From positions 1 through 44,150 of the IMG/VR virus record IMGVR_UViG_3300032212_000033: 44,150 bases of DNA. The stretch is one strand, 5' to 3'. A program made the translations under genes and the position numbers. Below are positions 27,556 through 36,050 of the stretch, piece after piece. The notes under the pieces are model-generated. The model saw only the letters and a list, made by a program, of their open reading frames with translations, searched no databases and was not told where the DNA came from. Numbering within the stretch: position 1 is the first letter of the stretch; every line of letters starts with the position of its first letter. Source of the DNA: a virus (Duplodnaviria; Caudoviricetes).

Positions 27556-27966
27556 ATGGCTTATAAAATAGTAGGTACAGCATGCGTAAATGAACAAGGT
27601 TCAGTTATAGAGTGTGGAACGGTAGCTAAGGCAGAGGCACAGCTATTAGTTTTAAACATAGCTCCACCTGCACGTCCTATGACAGATATTACAGTGACTA
27701 CAACAGAACCCTTAATGATAAATACGGTTCGTAACTTCCCATTCACTACTAATCTACCTGCGGGTGTCCACCCTATGCCAGTACGCCATGTGGGTACGGA
27801 TGAATTAGAGCTATTCGCTGTGACAGTTAGTGCATTAGGTGATGGGACGTTCTCACCTACATTTAATAAGTCAGGTATCTATTATATAGATATTAATGAC
27901 TTGAAGACTGACCTTAAGATAAACGGGGACTTGTCTACTAGATTTACAGTGTATGTGATGCAGTAA
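27556..27966 (+). CDS. Hypothetical structural protein
   Basis: AAGGAGG SD; beta-rich C-terminal part. Confidence 0.7.
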   Translation: MAYKIVGTACVNEQGSVIECGTVAKAEAQLLVLNIAPPARPMTDITVTTTEPLMINTVRNFPFTTNLPAGVHPMPVRHVGTDELELFAVTVSALGDGTFSPTFNKSGIYYIDINDLKTDLKINGDLSTRFTVYVMQ

Positions 27967-28241
27967 TGAAGAAAGATTGGTGCACAGGGTTCTTTGAGCG
28001 TTGGCCTCAATGGACTAGTTACTTTACATGGCGGTTAGTACCTATTGGTAGGCTTATCTGTAAACCACATGATAAGCGTTGCAGCTCAACTGGTATATAC
28101 AGACGCATGTTTGAGTATAGGATTGTAGGTGGGTTTATTTTAGGCACTATAGCATCCATTGGGTGCTGGGCTAAATACCCTAAACGAATGGTCAAGAGAC
28201 TATTTGGAATTAAAACAGAGGACTTTAAAGATGTGGATTGA
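27966..28241 (+). CDS. Hypothetical protein (Cys/His, CxxHD motif)
   Basis: TAATG coupled; DWCT...CKPHD, loosely like small phage PLA2-fold proteins. Confidence 0.6.
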   Translation: MKKDWCTGFFERWPQWTSYFTWRLVPIGRLICKPHDKRCSSTGIYRRMFEYRIVGGFILGTIASIGCWAKYPKRMVKRLFGIKTEDFKDVD

Positions 28242-28920
28242 GATAGTAAAGGCACTAGGTTATTTAGCTTTCACACCTGTACGTAAGGTGTGGGGTTTAG
28301 TATGGTTTTATGTAGTGGTGCGGTTTAGAGAGGACTCACGGAGTATTCACTACAATTATGTTTTACAAAACCCTACAAAAGCTAAGTTGCCTAGGCTTAC
28401 TGTACGGCCCATCAAGGCTAGACCTTATGGGTGGCAGATCGAGCCTTTCCATGGTACTGAGGTGGGTGGCTATATTCGCTATGAGCCAGTCAACTGGTTG
28501 ATGTTTCAGCTCAACTATTGGTTAGTATATGGTTGGTTAGATGATGATGCTAACCATGACACATATGATAGAGGGCATTTACAGAGACTTATTAAAGAGA
28601 ACAAGTTGCCTAAATGGGTACTAAAGAGACTACAAAAGACAGTTGATGAAAGTCTGCTTTATGGGAACTCTTTTGATTTAGGTGATAGACGTGCAGAGTT
28701 CCCTAGTGAAGTTTTTTCATTAGCTACGTTTATGTGGAACTGGAGAAACACGGGATATAATTTTAGCTATTGTCAGTTTGAAAAGAACTATCAACCATTC
28801 TACTTTGACTATAAGTATTTTCAGTTCGGTTATAAGAAGGTGTGGAACATAGAAGGTACTCCTGACAATAACTATTGTTTAGTATTTGGGTTCAAGAGAA
28901 AACCTGAAAGGATGGCATAA
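28231..28920 (+). CDS. Trp/Tyr-rich membrane-associated protein
   Basis: GAGG SD before ATG 28231; hydrophobic N-terminus; GWLDDD, WNWRN. Confidence 0.7.
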   Translation: MWIEIVKALGYLAFTPVRKVWGLVWFYVVVRFREDSRSIHYNYVLQNPTKAKLPRLTVRPIKARPYGWQIEPFHGTEVGGYIRYEPVNWLMFQLNYWLVYGWLDDDANHDTYDRGHLQRLIKENKLPKWVLKRLQKTVDESLLYGNSFDLGDRRAEFPSEVFSLATFMWNWRNTGYNFSYCQFEKNYQPFYFDYKYFQFGYKKVWNIEGTPDNNYCLVFGFKRKPERMA

Positions 28921-29384
28921 TGGCGTTAGTAGATTTTACTTTAGGTGATATAGGAGGTGTCTTTACTAGTATTAGAGAGGCTATTACCGGTGAGAAGATT
29001 AAAGACCCTGCTAAGATGGCTGAGATACGGTTACAGTTACAGCAGTTAGAGAGTATGGCTAACCAAGGTCAAATCTCTATCAACAAGGTAGAGGCAGCAC
29101 ATAAGTCTCTATTTGTAGCAGGATGGAGACCTTTTATAGGGTGGGTATGTGGTGTAGCTGTAGCTTATGCTTTTGTACTCCAGCCTATCATTGAATGGGT
29201 AGTTGTACTGGCAGGGTTCGAGGTATCTCATTACACTGTAGTAGCGGATAAGGTAGTTTGGTCGGAAGGCATTAGATTGCCTATTATAGAGTCAGATAGA
29301 CTTCTTGAGTTGGTACTAGCTATGCTAGGTATGGCTACATTAAGAACGTACGAGAAAAAACATAGTAAAGCTAGAGAGCTTTAA
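28920..29384 (+). CDS. Holin (3TM/GTA-holin-like family)
   Basis: SLFVAGWRPFIGWVCG and LAMLGMATLRTYEK signature. Confidence 0.85.
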   Translation: MALVDFTLGDIGGVFTSIREAITGEKIKDPAKMAEIRLQLQQLESMANQGQISINKVEAAHKSLFVAGWRPFIGWVCGVAVAYAFVLQPIIEWVVVLAGFEVSHYTVVADKVVWSEGIRLPIIESDRLLELVLAMLGMATLRTYEKKHSKAREL

Positions 29385-29403
29385 CGATTACAGAGGGGAT
29401 TAG

Positions 29404-29889
29404 ATGATTAGTGAAGAAGAGTTTGAACAACTCAAACGTGACGTAGCTAAATGTAAAGAGAGTGTACATGCAGATATTAGAGAGTTAAAAGAGGGTCAGA
29501 CTAAGTTTAACCTTGTTTTAACAGAGCAGGCTGTAGAACGTAAGAAGTATAATACCAATATGAGTGAAAAATTAGACTCACTAAGTAAAGCTTTAATGGG
29601 TCATACAGAGGATGAAATGGGTACTATAAAGAAGTTGCAAGAGACATTAAATCAAGTTCTAGAGCAGACAGCGCATAATACAAACCATATACAGTCGGCT
29701 GAGTTTAATAGAGAAATGGACAGACGTGTAGCACAAGAGTTAGATGCTATCAATAAGCCTAGAGCAGAGATGTGGAACAAAGTAAAGATGACAGCTTTAT
29801 CAGTAGCCACTGTAGCTGTCATGGGTGCTATGGGTTCAGGCATTAAAGTAATTTACGACCTATATAACATGCTTCATGGAGGTCAGTAA
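29404..29889 (+). CDS. Coiled-coil protein with C-terminal TM helix (lysis module)
   Basis: Long heptads then TALSVATVAVMGAMG; lies between holin and endolysin. Confidence 0.7.
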   Translation: MISEEEFEQLKRDVAKCKESVHADIRELKEGQTKFNLVLTEQAVERKKYNTNMSEKLDSLSKALMGHTEDEMGTIKKLQETLNQVLEQTAHNTNHIQSAEFNREMDRRVAQELDAINKPRAEMWNKVKMTALSVATVAVMGAMGSGIKVIYDLYNMLHGGQ

Positions 29890-30305
29890 TGGCCTTTAGA
29901 ATAGAGGAGTTAGTACCTAAGCAGGTGTATGAAGACCTAGGCGAAGAGGCTTGGGAACTGGTAGCTAAAGAACTTAAGCTAAGTATTATGGCTATCAAGC
30001 TTGCTTTTCCTGAAGGTACTATGACAATTAATAATTGGGTATGGGGAGGCAACAGGCAATGGAGCGGTTTACGTACTCCTGACAGTCCTTACTACTCTAA
30101 GACTTCACAGCATACTTTGGATTTCGAAGATAGAGTGTTTAGAGCCATTGATGCCGTATTTAGTCATTATGAAACAGAAGAGGTTAGACAGTACATTATA
30201 GATAACCCTGAGGAGTTCCCTTTCATTAAGGGTATAGAGCTAGACGTATCGTGGCTACATATAGATACAAGAGAGCGTGAAAAACTCTTACAATTTAGAG
30301 CATAG
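29889..30305 (+). CDS. Endolysin, peptidase M15-like
   Basis: SGLR, SQH, AID, WLHID zinc-peptidase motifs. Confidence 0.82.
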   Translation: MAFRIEELVPKQVYEDLGEEAWELVAKELKLSIMAIKLAFPEGTMTINNWVWGGNRQWSGLRTPDSPYYSKTSQHTLDFEDRVFRAIDAVFSHYETEEVRQYIIDNPEEFPFIKGIELDVSWLHIDTREREKLLQFRA

Positions 30306-30313
30306 GAGACACA

Positions 30314-31288
30314 ATGGCATTAGAACAAGTAGGAATTCTTGTATGGAATGGTACTGATTGGGAAGTGCCTAAAATGTACCTTGACTCAGTACATACACCG
30401 GGTTCATTTATGACTGATAGAATACCTGACACACCCGCACTACCTGTACCTTCTGAGAGGTATGTAGCGGTATCAGCTAACGCCTATCAGCACCAAACAG
30501 TTAGATGGCGTTGGGATGGTACCACAGCTACCTACGTAGAGAAGTGGTCAATCGTGGACACAATAGTAAGACCTGAAACACATGGTAAGGTTCAGTATGT
30601 TCTAAATGGCACCAATATAGATAGCTCAACAACTACTTACAAGTGGGTAGAGCCTAACTGGGTAGTGGATATAGTGACTCCGCATGCTGCGATTGCTAGA
30701 CCTACAAACCACGGTAACTTATTTTGGGTTGATGATAACGGTGTAGCTACTCAGAAAAGCATAACATATGTAGCACATATAGATAACACCGTTCCTGAAG
30801 GTAGATGGGACTTAACAAACCCCATAACTGGTCTAGAGTCATTTGACCTTACAGAGGTATCAAGTGTTGAAAAACTCAATAATGGGGTAGTGTCCATTCA
30901 CACTACTGGATATGAGTACACCTTTGATGTAGGTACTGGATGGACTCCTACACTAGTTAATACTTTTACTGATAGACCTAATGACCATGATACTTTCATT
31001 GATTGGCGATTAGACAGTGCTGATAATAACCTAGCTAAGATATTTCACTATTATAGAACTAGTGTACTTACAACATATCCAGCTACTTGGGAGCTATCCG
31101 AGGAGTGGAATGGTGGGCAGGAAAATCGTTTAGGAATGACGCCTGCTCATGGTGAGGTGGTAGGTGGAACACCCGTAGTTTATGCCTTAGATGCCCAATT
31201 AGGCTGGGTTACAAATTTAGCAGCTAATGTTGTTACTTTTAATGATCAGGTAGTGACACATAATAACATTACCGTTACTTTTGGATAG
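30314..31288 (+). CDS. Virion protein with internal Trp-rich RPxxH repeats
   Basis: AGGAG SD; RPETHG, RPTNHG, RPNDHD, TPAHG. Confidence 0.7.
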   Translation: MALEQVGILVWNGTDWEVPKMYLDSVHTPGSFMTDRIPDTPALPVPSERYVAVSANAYQHQTVRWRWDGTTATYVEKWSIVDTIVRPETHGKVQYVLNGTNIDSSTTTYKWVEPNWVVDIVTPHAAIARPTNHGNLFWVDDNGVATQKSITYVAHIDNTVPEGRWDLTNPITGLESFDLTEVSSVEKLNNGVVSIHTTGYEYTFDVGTGWTPTLVNTFTDRPNDHDTFIDWRLDSADNNLAKIFHYYRTSVLTTYPATWELSEEWNGGQENRLGMTPAHGEVVGGTPVVYALDAQLGWVTNLAANVVTFNDQVVTHNNITVTFG

Positions 31289-31296
31289 GAGATAAT

Positions 31297-31788
31297 ATGG
31301 CAGATTTACAGGCAATTTTAAGTGGTGGGGATATCACAGGTATGAATATTGGTGGTGTTACAGCTGGTGATGCAGTTGTTGAGAAAGGTGAGCTTGATGC
31401 AGGACTTGCTTTAGTGCCTTCAGCTATGACGTATGACTACGCTCAAGTGGCTAACCATACTGTGACTAACGATGTATATGAAGAGGTGTTAAGGCTTACA
31501 ACAGTCTCAAGACCTACGGGTGTGTATAAGGCTGAGCTCTCAATGATTTACAGTCTAAACTCTACAACTACTTCAGCCTTCTTTAGGTTCAGTATTGATG
31601 GAGGCACTACGTGGACAGAGGTGAGGAAAGAGCCTAAGGATAACACTGACCTAGTGCCTGAGGCTTATCCCTTCACTGTATCTCATACGGCAGGTGCTAG
31701 GGTTATTATCATCCAGGCACGTAAAGAGAATGCGGCTGATGTTCTAAACATTGCAGCAATGGACATAATGTTTGAAAGAAGGGCATAA
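31297..31788 (+). CDS. Virion structural protein (beta-sandwich)
   Basis: AGGAG SD; RFSIDGGTTW. Confidence 0.7.
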   Translation: MADLQAILSGGDITGMNIGGVTAGDAVVEKGELDAGLALVPSAMTYDYAQVANHTVTNDVYEEVLRLTTVSRPTGVYKAELSMIYSLNSTTTSAFFRFSIDGGTTWTEVRKEPKDNTDLVPEAYPFTVSHTAGARVIIIQARKENAADVLNIAAMDIMFERRA

Positions 31789-34709
31789 TGGAAATACTTG
31801 ACTTTTCAGGAGGGCTGAACTACATCGTAGCTCCTCACCTGATTGCTTCTAATGAATCACGTGAACTATCAAACATAGATGTTAATAGTGGAGCCATTAG
31901 ACCAGCTAAAAGCAAAGCTATTTGGACTGGGCAGGTTGTAGTGAATGGTGCCGTTGTTGTAAGTAGTAAAGTGGCTGAGAATTTCTACTACTTTAATGGT
32001 ATATGGATATCAGGTAGAGAGTCACGTAACTATGTAGAGTATAACAGACGTCTATATTATTCTAATGGCAGACAAGCTAAGTGGACTTCTGATGGCATTA
32101 CTTTTAGTGACTTAGGAACTAACACACCTACTGATATCCTGGTTCCTAATGAGCGAGCTAGTGCTTTCACAGCTACTGTAGCTTCAGGTGGTACTTTAGG
32201 GATAGGTACTAGGAACTATAAGATTGTATCAGGTACTGACGTTTATACGGTATCCAAAGATATTACAGTTGTAGGAAGTAAAGTAACCTTCAGCTTTACA
32301 TCAGCTGTAGAGTACAGAGTATATGGTAAGTGGTCAAATGAGACAGAGTACATTACAGTTGACGACCCTGTCACTGGTCCAGGGTCTATTACAGATGGAA
32401 GTGCTGTAGTTGCTCCCTCTATTACAGTTACTGAAAGTGTAAAGATTACTCACTCTGTTGAAGGTGAGTTCAGTGGAATAACTAAGTTAAATGGGCTTAT
32501 ATACGGTACTCAACAAAAAACACCAAGGTACAAAGTACCTAGTGGTATCACTGGCACTAAGATATATGATGCTACTCAGAACAAGTTTATTGCGGATAAC
32601 AATGTGCCTGGCCAGGTAAGTGGTTACACGGTTGGTGACCCCTCACCACTGCCTAATACCTATGGTCCAGTAGGGACTATCTACTCACCTACTGGTCTGC
32701 ATTCCCAGTATTTGAACCTGGGTGGTGTACTGCATATGTATGTGACAGATTTATATAGTGATTATGTTACTAATATATTTAGAACACACCTAGCTGGTAA
32801 AGATGGTATACTTTATAAGCTTGTTAGTAATGTATGGACACCAGTGAATTATAACTTGCCTGCTTTAGGTAGGGCACGTAGAGTAGAGGACGGATTACCT
32901 GTGAATGACGCAATGCTTGTAACAGCTGTTGCTTTTAACTTAGTGTACTTCTTTGACCTAGTAGGTGGAAGGTTTCAAAGCTTTGCCTCAGATGGTACGG
33001 CTGCTGGTGGAGCATGCCCCGTAATGGATAATCCCCTATCTAGTACAGCTGTTAAGTTTGATGGAACTCAGTGGTTAATTTTTGAGCTTACACCTGCTAC
33101 AGAGTTTACAGCTTACTCTTACAAGATATACTCTTTTACGCCTGGTTCAAGTGGTAAAAGTTTATTCCTTGATTTAACCTCTAACCCTGATGTAACTGTA
33201 GCACCTCAAGGAGGTCTTGAGTTTGCGCAGGCTGATGATAGAACTAACGGCTTAATTAGGTGGATATCTATACAGCCTGAGTGGAACCAGCAGCACAAGC
33301 TTTTTGAACTTGATACGGCTACTAAAGCTGTAACAGTTACAACACTTGTTACAGACCATGAGGAGTCAGTGACTGGGCTAATTACTGATGGTACAAGTAT
33401 CCATCTTATAACCAATGTAAATGATGAGTATGTTTTAAGTAGTTTAGATACAGCTACTCAGCCTCACTATGGTAAGATATGGACATACACTCAACCTGAA
33501 CTAGTTGATAGAGTTGGTTCACCTTTACCTAATGTAGGTATCACTGGTACGTACACCTATTTATTCACCTACTCAGACATAGGTGGTGCTAACGAGTCAG
33601 GGCCAAGTAATGCTTCAGATGCTATCACAGTTAGTAGGTCTAATATAGAGTTTAACAACCTTGACGCAATAGCTAATCCTGACTTAAAGGCAAGATTTAG
33701 AATTTATAGGATTGGAGGTGATTTAAGTAAGTATACCTTAGTGGCTGAGATACCTTCAACGGATACATCATATATTGATTATCAGTCTGATGTGGCTATC
33801 TCAGCTAATGGAGTCATAGGTACCATAGGTGAAGGAGCCGCACCACAATCAATAAAATTCCTTACGGAGCATTTAGGTAGACTGTGGGGTGCGGCTAGTG
33901 AGGCCGATGGTTACACAAAGCTATACTTTAGCCAGCTAGGTGACCCTCAGGTATGGGGAGCCACCGACTTTATTCAGTTGCCAGCAGCCATTCATGGCAT
34001 AGGCGGTACAGCTGGTGGGCTTATAATATTCACTTTTACTGAGACATGGGTTTTACTTGGTAATGACCCTAGTAACTTTGCTCTAAGATTAGTAAGTAGT
34101 GAGCATGGTTGTACTCAGCCTTATAGCATTAATTATAGAGAGGGGAACTTAATCTATGTGACAGAAGGTAAGATACTGCTGTGTAATGGTAGCAGTGTTA
34201 AGGTGCTGTCAGAGCACAAAGTGAACTTACCTAGTCACATTTCTGATAGTGCTTTACATGACTCAAAATACTATCTCCTTGATTGGTCAGGTAATATGTG
34301 GATAATGGACTTCAAACTAGGTGGAGCTATCTATAAGCATACATCTAGGATGAAAGGGCTAGGCAACTTCCTAGGTGCTATGTACTTCAGTGATGGTGAA
34401 AATCTTTACTATGAGAATAGGGAGGTCACTAAAGAAACAATGGCTTATACATCACCAAAGTACATAGATGGTGAACTCACAAATCAAAAGGAGTATGAGA
34501 AGATTAGGCTCTCAGGTTCAGGTACTGCTACTGTGACGGTATCCATAGGTGGTACGGTTTACAGCAAATATATAGCTCTGAGTGGTTCAACTAGAATAAC
34601 GCTACCTAATGGTAAAAATAAAGGTTACAGTATTCAATTTGGTTTACGTGGAACCTTTAGCCTAGATGCAATCAACTATACAGTGAAAGGGAGAAGCAGT
34701 GGCAGCTAA
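31788..34709 (+). CDS. Tail nozzle/stabilisation protein (P22 gp10 / tail tubular B-like), enlarged
   Basis: DFSGGLN start, ESGPS, RIYR, LYFSQLGDPQVW, HGC..PYSI. Confidence 0.72.
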   Translation: MEILDFSGGLNYIVAPHLIASNESRELSNIDVNSGAIRPAKSKAIWTGQVVVNGAVVVSSKVAENFYYFNGIWISGRESRNYVEYNRRLYYSNGRQAKWTSDGITFSDLGTNTPTDILVPNERASAFTATVASGGTLGIGTRNYKIVSGTDVYTVSKDITVVGSKVTFSFTSAVEYRVYGKWSNETEYITVDDPVTGPGSITDGSAVVAPSITVTESVKITHSVEGEFSGITKLNGLIYGTQQKTPRYKVPSGITGTKIYDATQNKFIADNNVPGQVSGYTVGDPSPLPNTYGPVGTIYSPTGLHSQYLNLGGVLHMYVTDLYSDYVTNIFRTHLAGKDGILYKLVSNVWTPVNYNLPALGRARRVEDGLPVNDAMLVTAVAFNLVYFFDLVGGRFQSFASDGTAAGGACPVMDNPLSSTAVKFDGTQWLIFELTPATEFTAYSYKIYSFTPGSSGKSLFLDLTSNPDVTVAPQGGLEFAQADDRTNGLIRWISIQPEWNQQHKLFELDTATKAVTVTTLVTDHEESVTGLITDGTSIHLITNVNDEYVLSSLDTATQPHYGKIWTYTQPELVDRVGSPLPNVGITGTYTYLFTYSDIGGANESGPSNASDAITVSRSNIEFNNLDAIANPDLKARFRIYRIGGDLSKYTLVAEIPSTDTSYIDYQSDVAISANGVIGTIGEGAAPQSIKFLTEHLGRLWGAASEADGYTKLYFSQLGDPQVWGATDFIQLPAAIHGIGGTAGGLIIFTFTETWVLLGNDPSNFALRLVSSEHGCTQPYSINYREGNLIYVTEGKILLCNGSSVKVLSEHKVNLPSHISDSALHDSKYYLLDWSGNMWIMDFKLGGAIYKHTSRMKGLGNFLGAMYFSDGENLYYENREVTKETMAYTSPKYIDGELTNQKEYEKIRLSGSGTATVTVSIGGTVYSKYIALSGSTRITLPNGKNKGYSIQFGLRGTFSLDAINYTVKGRSSGS

Positions 34710-34869
34710 AGGGAGTCTACTTCCTCCACCAGTGAAGGATGACCAACAGCATCTATTCAATCAGCAGGTGGCGGACAAGTATAATAAGTTGGTGACTCAG
34801 ATAACTGAGATACCTGATGGACTTACAGCACAACAAATAATTGATTATTTGAAGGGTCTTAAGGTCTGA
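34699..34869 (+). CDS. Hypothetical 56-aa protein (not in ORF track)
   Basis: AAGGGAG SD, GTG start overlapping the nozzle stop. Confidence 0.55.
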   Translation: MAAKGSLLPPPVKDDQQHLFNQQVADKYNKLVTQITEIPDGLTAQQIIDYLKGLKV

Positions 34870-34890
34870 TTAAGATTATTTGGATATAAT
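34858..34890 (+). promoter_or_regulatory. Putative internal promoter
   Basis: CTTAAG-GTCTG-ATTAAG-N10-TATAAT. Confidence 0.6.
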
Positions 34891-34895
34891 AGAGT

Positions 34896-35312
34896 ATGAT
34901 TATATTAGCTAATGTGAGTCATATGGAGATAGTTAGTCAAATGCTTTATGCAATGTATAACGAACTACAACCTGATAAATGTTCTAAGAACAAGTCAGAT
35001 TATGATAGTGAAGCTTTACGTTACTTGAAGGATTATGACGTGTTACTAGATAGTGAGTTTAGAGGTATGTTCATGGTTAAACATGTTAACAATCCTTTAA
35101 CACCTAATCTTGAACAGTGGAATGGTGAGATAGTTTATATCAAACCTCAGTATAGAAAGACAAGAGTCCTTAAGACTATGTATACTTACCTCTTCAATAA
35201 CTATGAAGGGGACATACTAGGTCTTACAGATATTAATAGTGAGCATATAAAGGTAATGGATAAACGCCATACCTGCATAGCTAAACTATACATCGTAAAC
35301 AAAGGAAAGTAA
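34896..35312 (+). CDS. GNAT-fold acetyltransferase-like protein
   Basis: VYIKPQYRKT motif A; position before ejection proteins is typical of podoviruses. Confidence 0.7.
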   Translation: MIILANVSHMEIVSQMLYAMYNELQPDKCSKNKSDYDSEALRYLKDYDVLLDSEFRGMFMVKHVNNPLTPNLEQWNGEIVYIKPQYRKTRVLKTMYTYLFNNYEGDILGLTDINSEHIKVMDKRHTCIAKLYIVNKGK

Positions 35313-36050
35313 ATGGGAGTAGCAGCCACAGTAGTGGGTACAGCTGTATCAATCTATGGAAGTTATGAAGCTGGTAAGGATGCTGACGCAGCCCAGGCAG
35401 CAGCTGAACGTGATAGACAGGATAGGCTTAAGCTTGAAAAGCAGAGACTTGAAATGAGTCAGGAACAGCTGGATTACAATATGTATCAGCAACAGCTTTG
35501 GAACAGTACATATGGAGCTATTGAAAAGAACGTAGCTGATTATTATGGGTCACTTGACCCTGCTAAGTTTGAAGCTCAAATGAATACTGACATAGGCACA
35601 GCTTACAATGCGGCCAAGGAACGTCTAGATGCAAACCTAGCGTCTAGAGGTCTTCAAGGTTCAGGTATAGAGGCTGAAAGTCTTAGCCAGCTTGAGGTAG
35701 GTAGGGCTGATGCAGAGGCATCTACACGTTTACGAGCTGAGGAATATGTAGCTGGTCAACAAGCAGGTTTTGCTCACCAGCAGGCAGGTCGAAGGGCTAT
35801 GCTTGAACAAAACGTCCAATCTGCTATGTTAGGTACTCAACAATCGGTAAGTGGTGTAGCTAATGTTTATGGTGAGAGTTATGGTCAGAACATGGCTCTA
35901 GCTCAGCAGTATGGTAAGTCTCAAGCAGGCTACACAGCTGCAGCAGGTTCGTTCCTAGCTAGAGGCATAGATGCTTATAAAGGTGGTGACATGGTGCATG
36001 ACTACTTCAATCCTCCTAAAGATATCAAACCTAGTGATAGGACGCAATAA
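35313..36050 (+). CDS. Internal virion/ejection (pilot) protein
   Basis: MGVAATVVGTAVSIYG hydrophobic start, Ala/Gln coil, LASRGLQGSG. Confidence 0.72.
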   Translation: MGVAATVVGTAVSIYGSYEAGKDADAAQAAAERDRQDRLKLEKQRLEMSQEQLDYNMYQQQLWNSTYGAIEKNVADYYGSLDPAKFEAQMNTDIGTAYNAAKERLDANLASRGLQGSGIEAESLSQLEVGRADAEASTRLRAEEYVAGQQAGFAHQQAGRRAMLEQNVQSAMLGTQQSVSGVANVYGESYGQNMALAQQYGKSQAGYTAAAGSFLARGIDAYKGGDMVHDYFNPPKDIKPSDRTQ

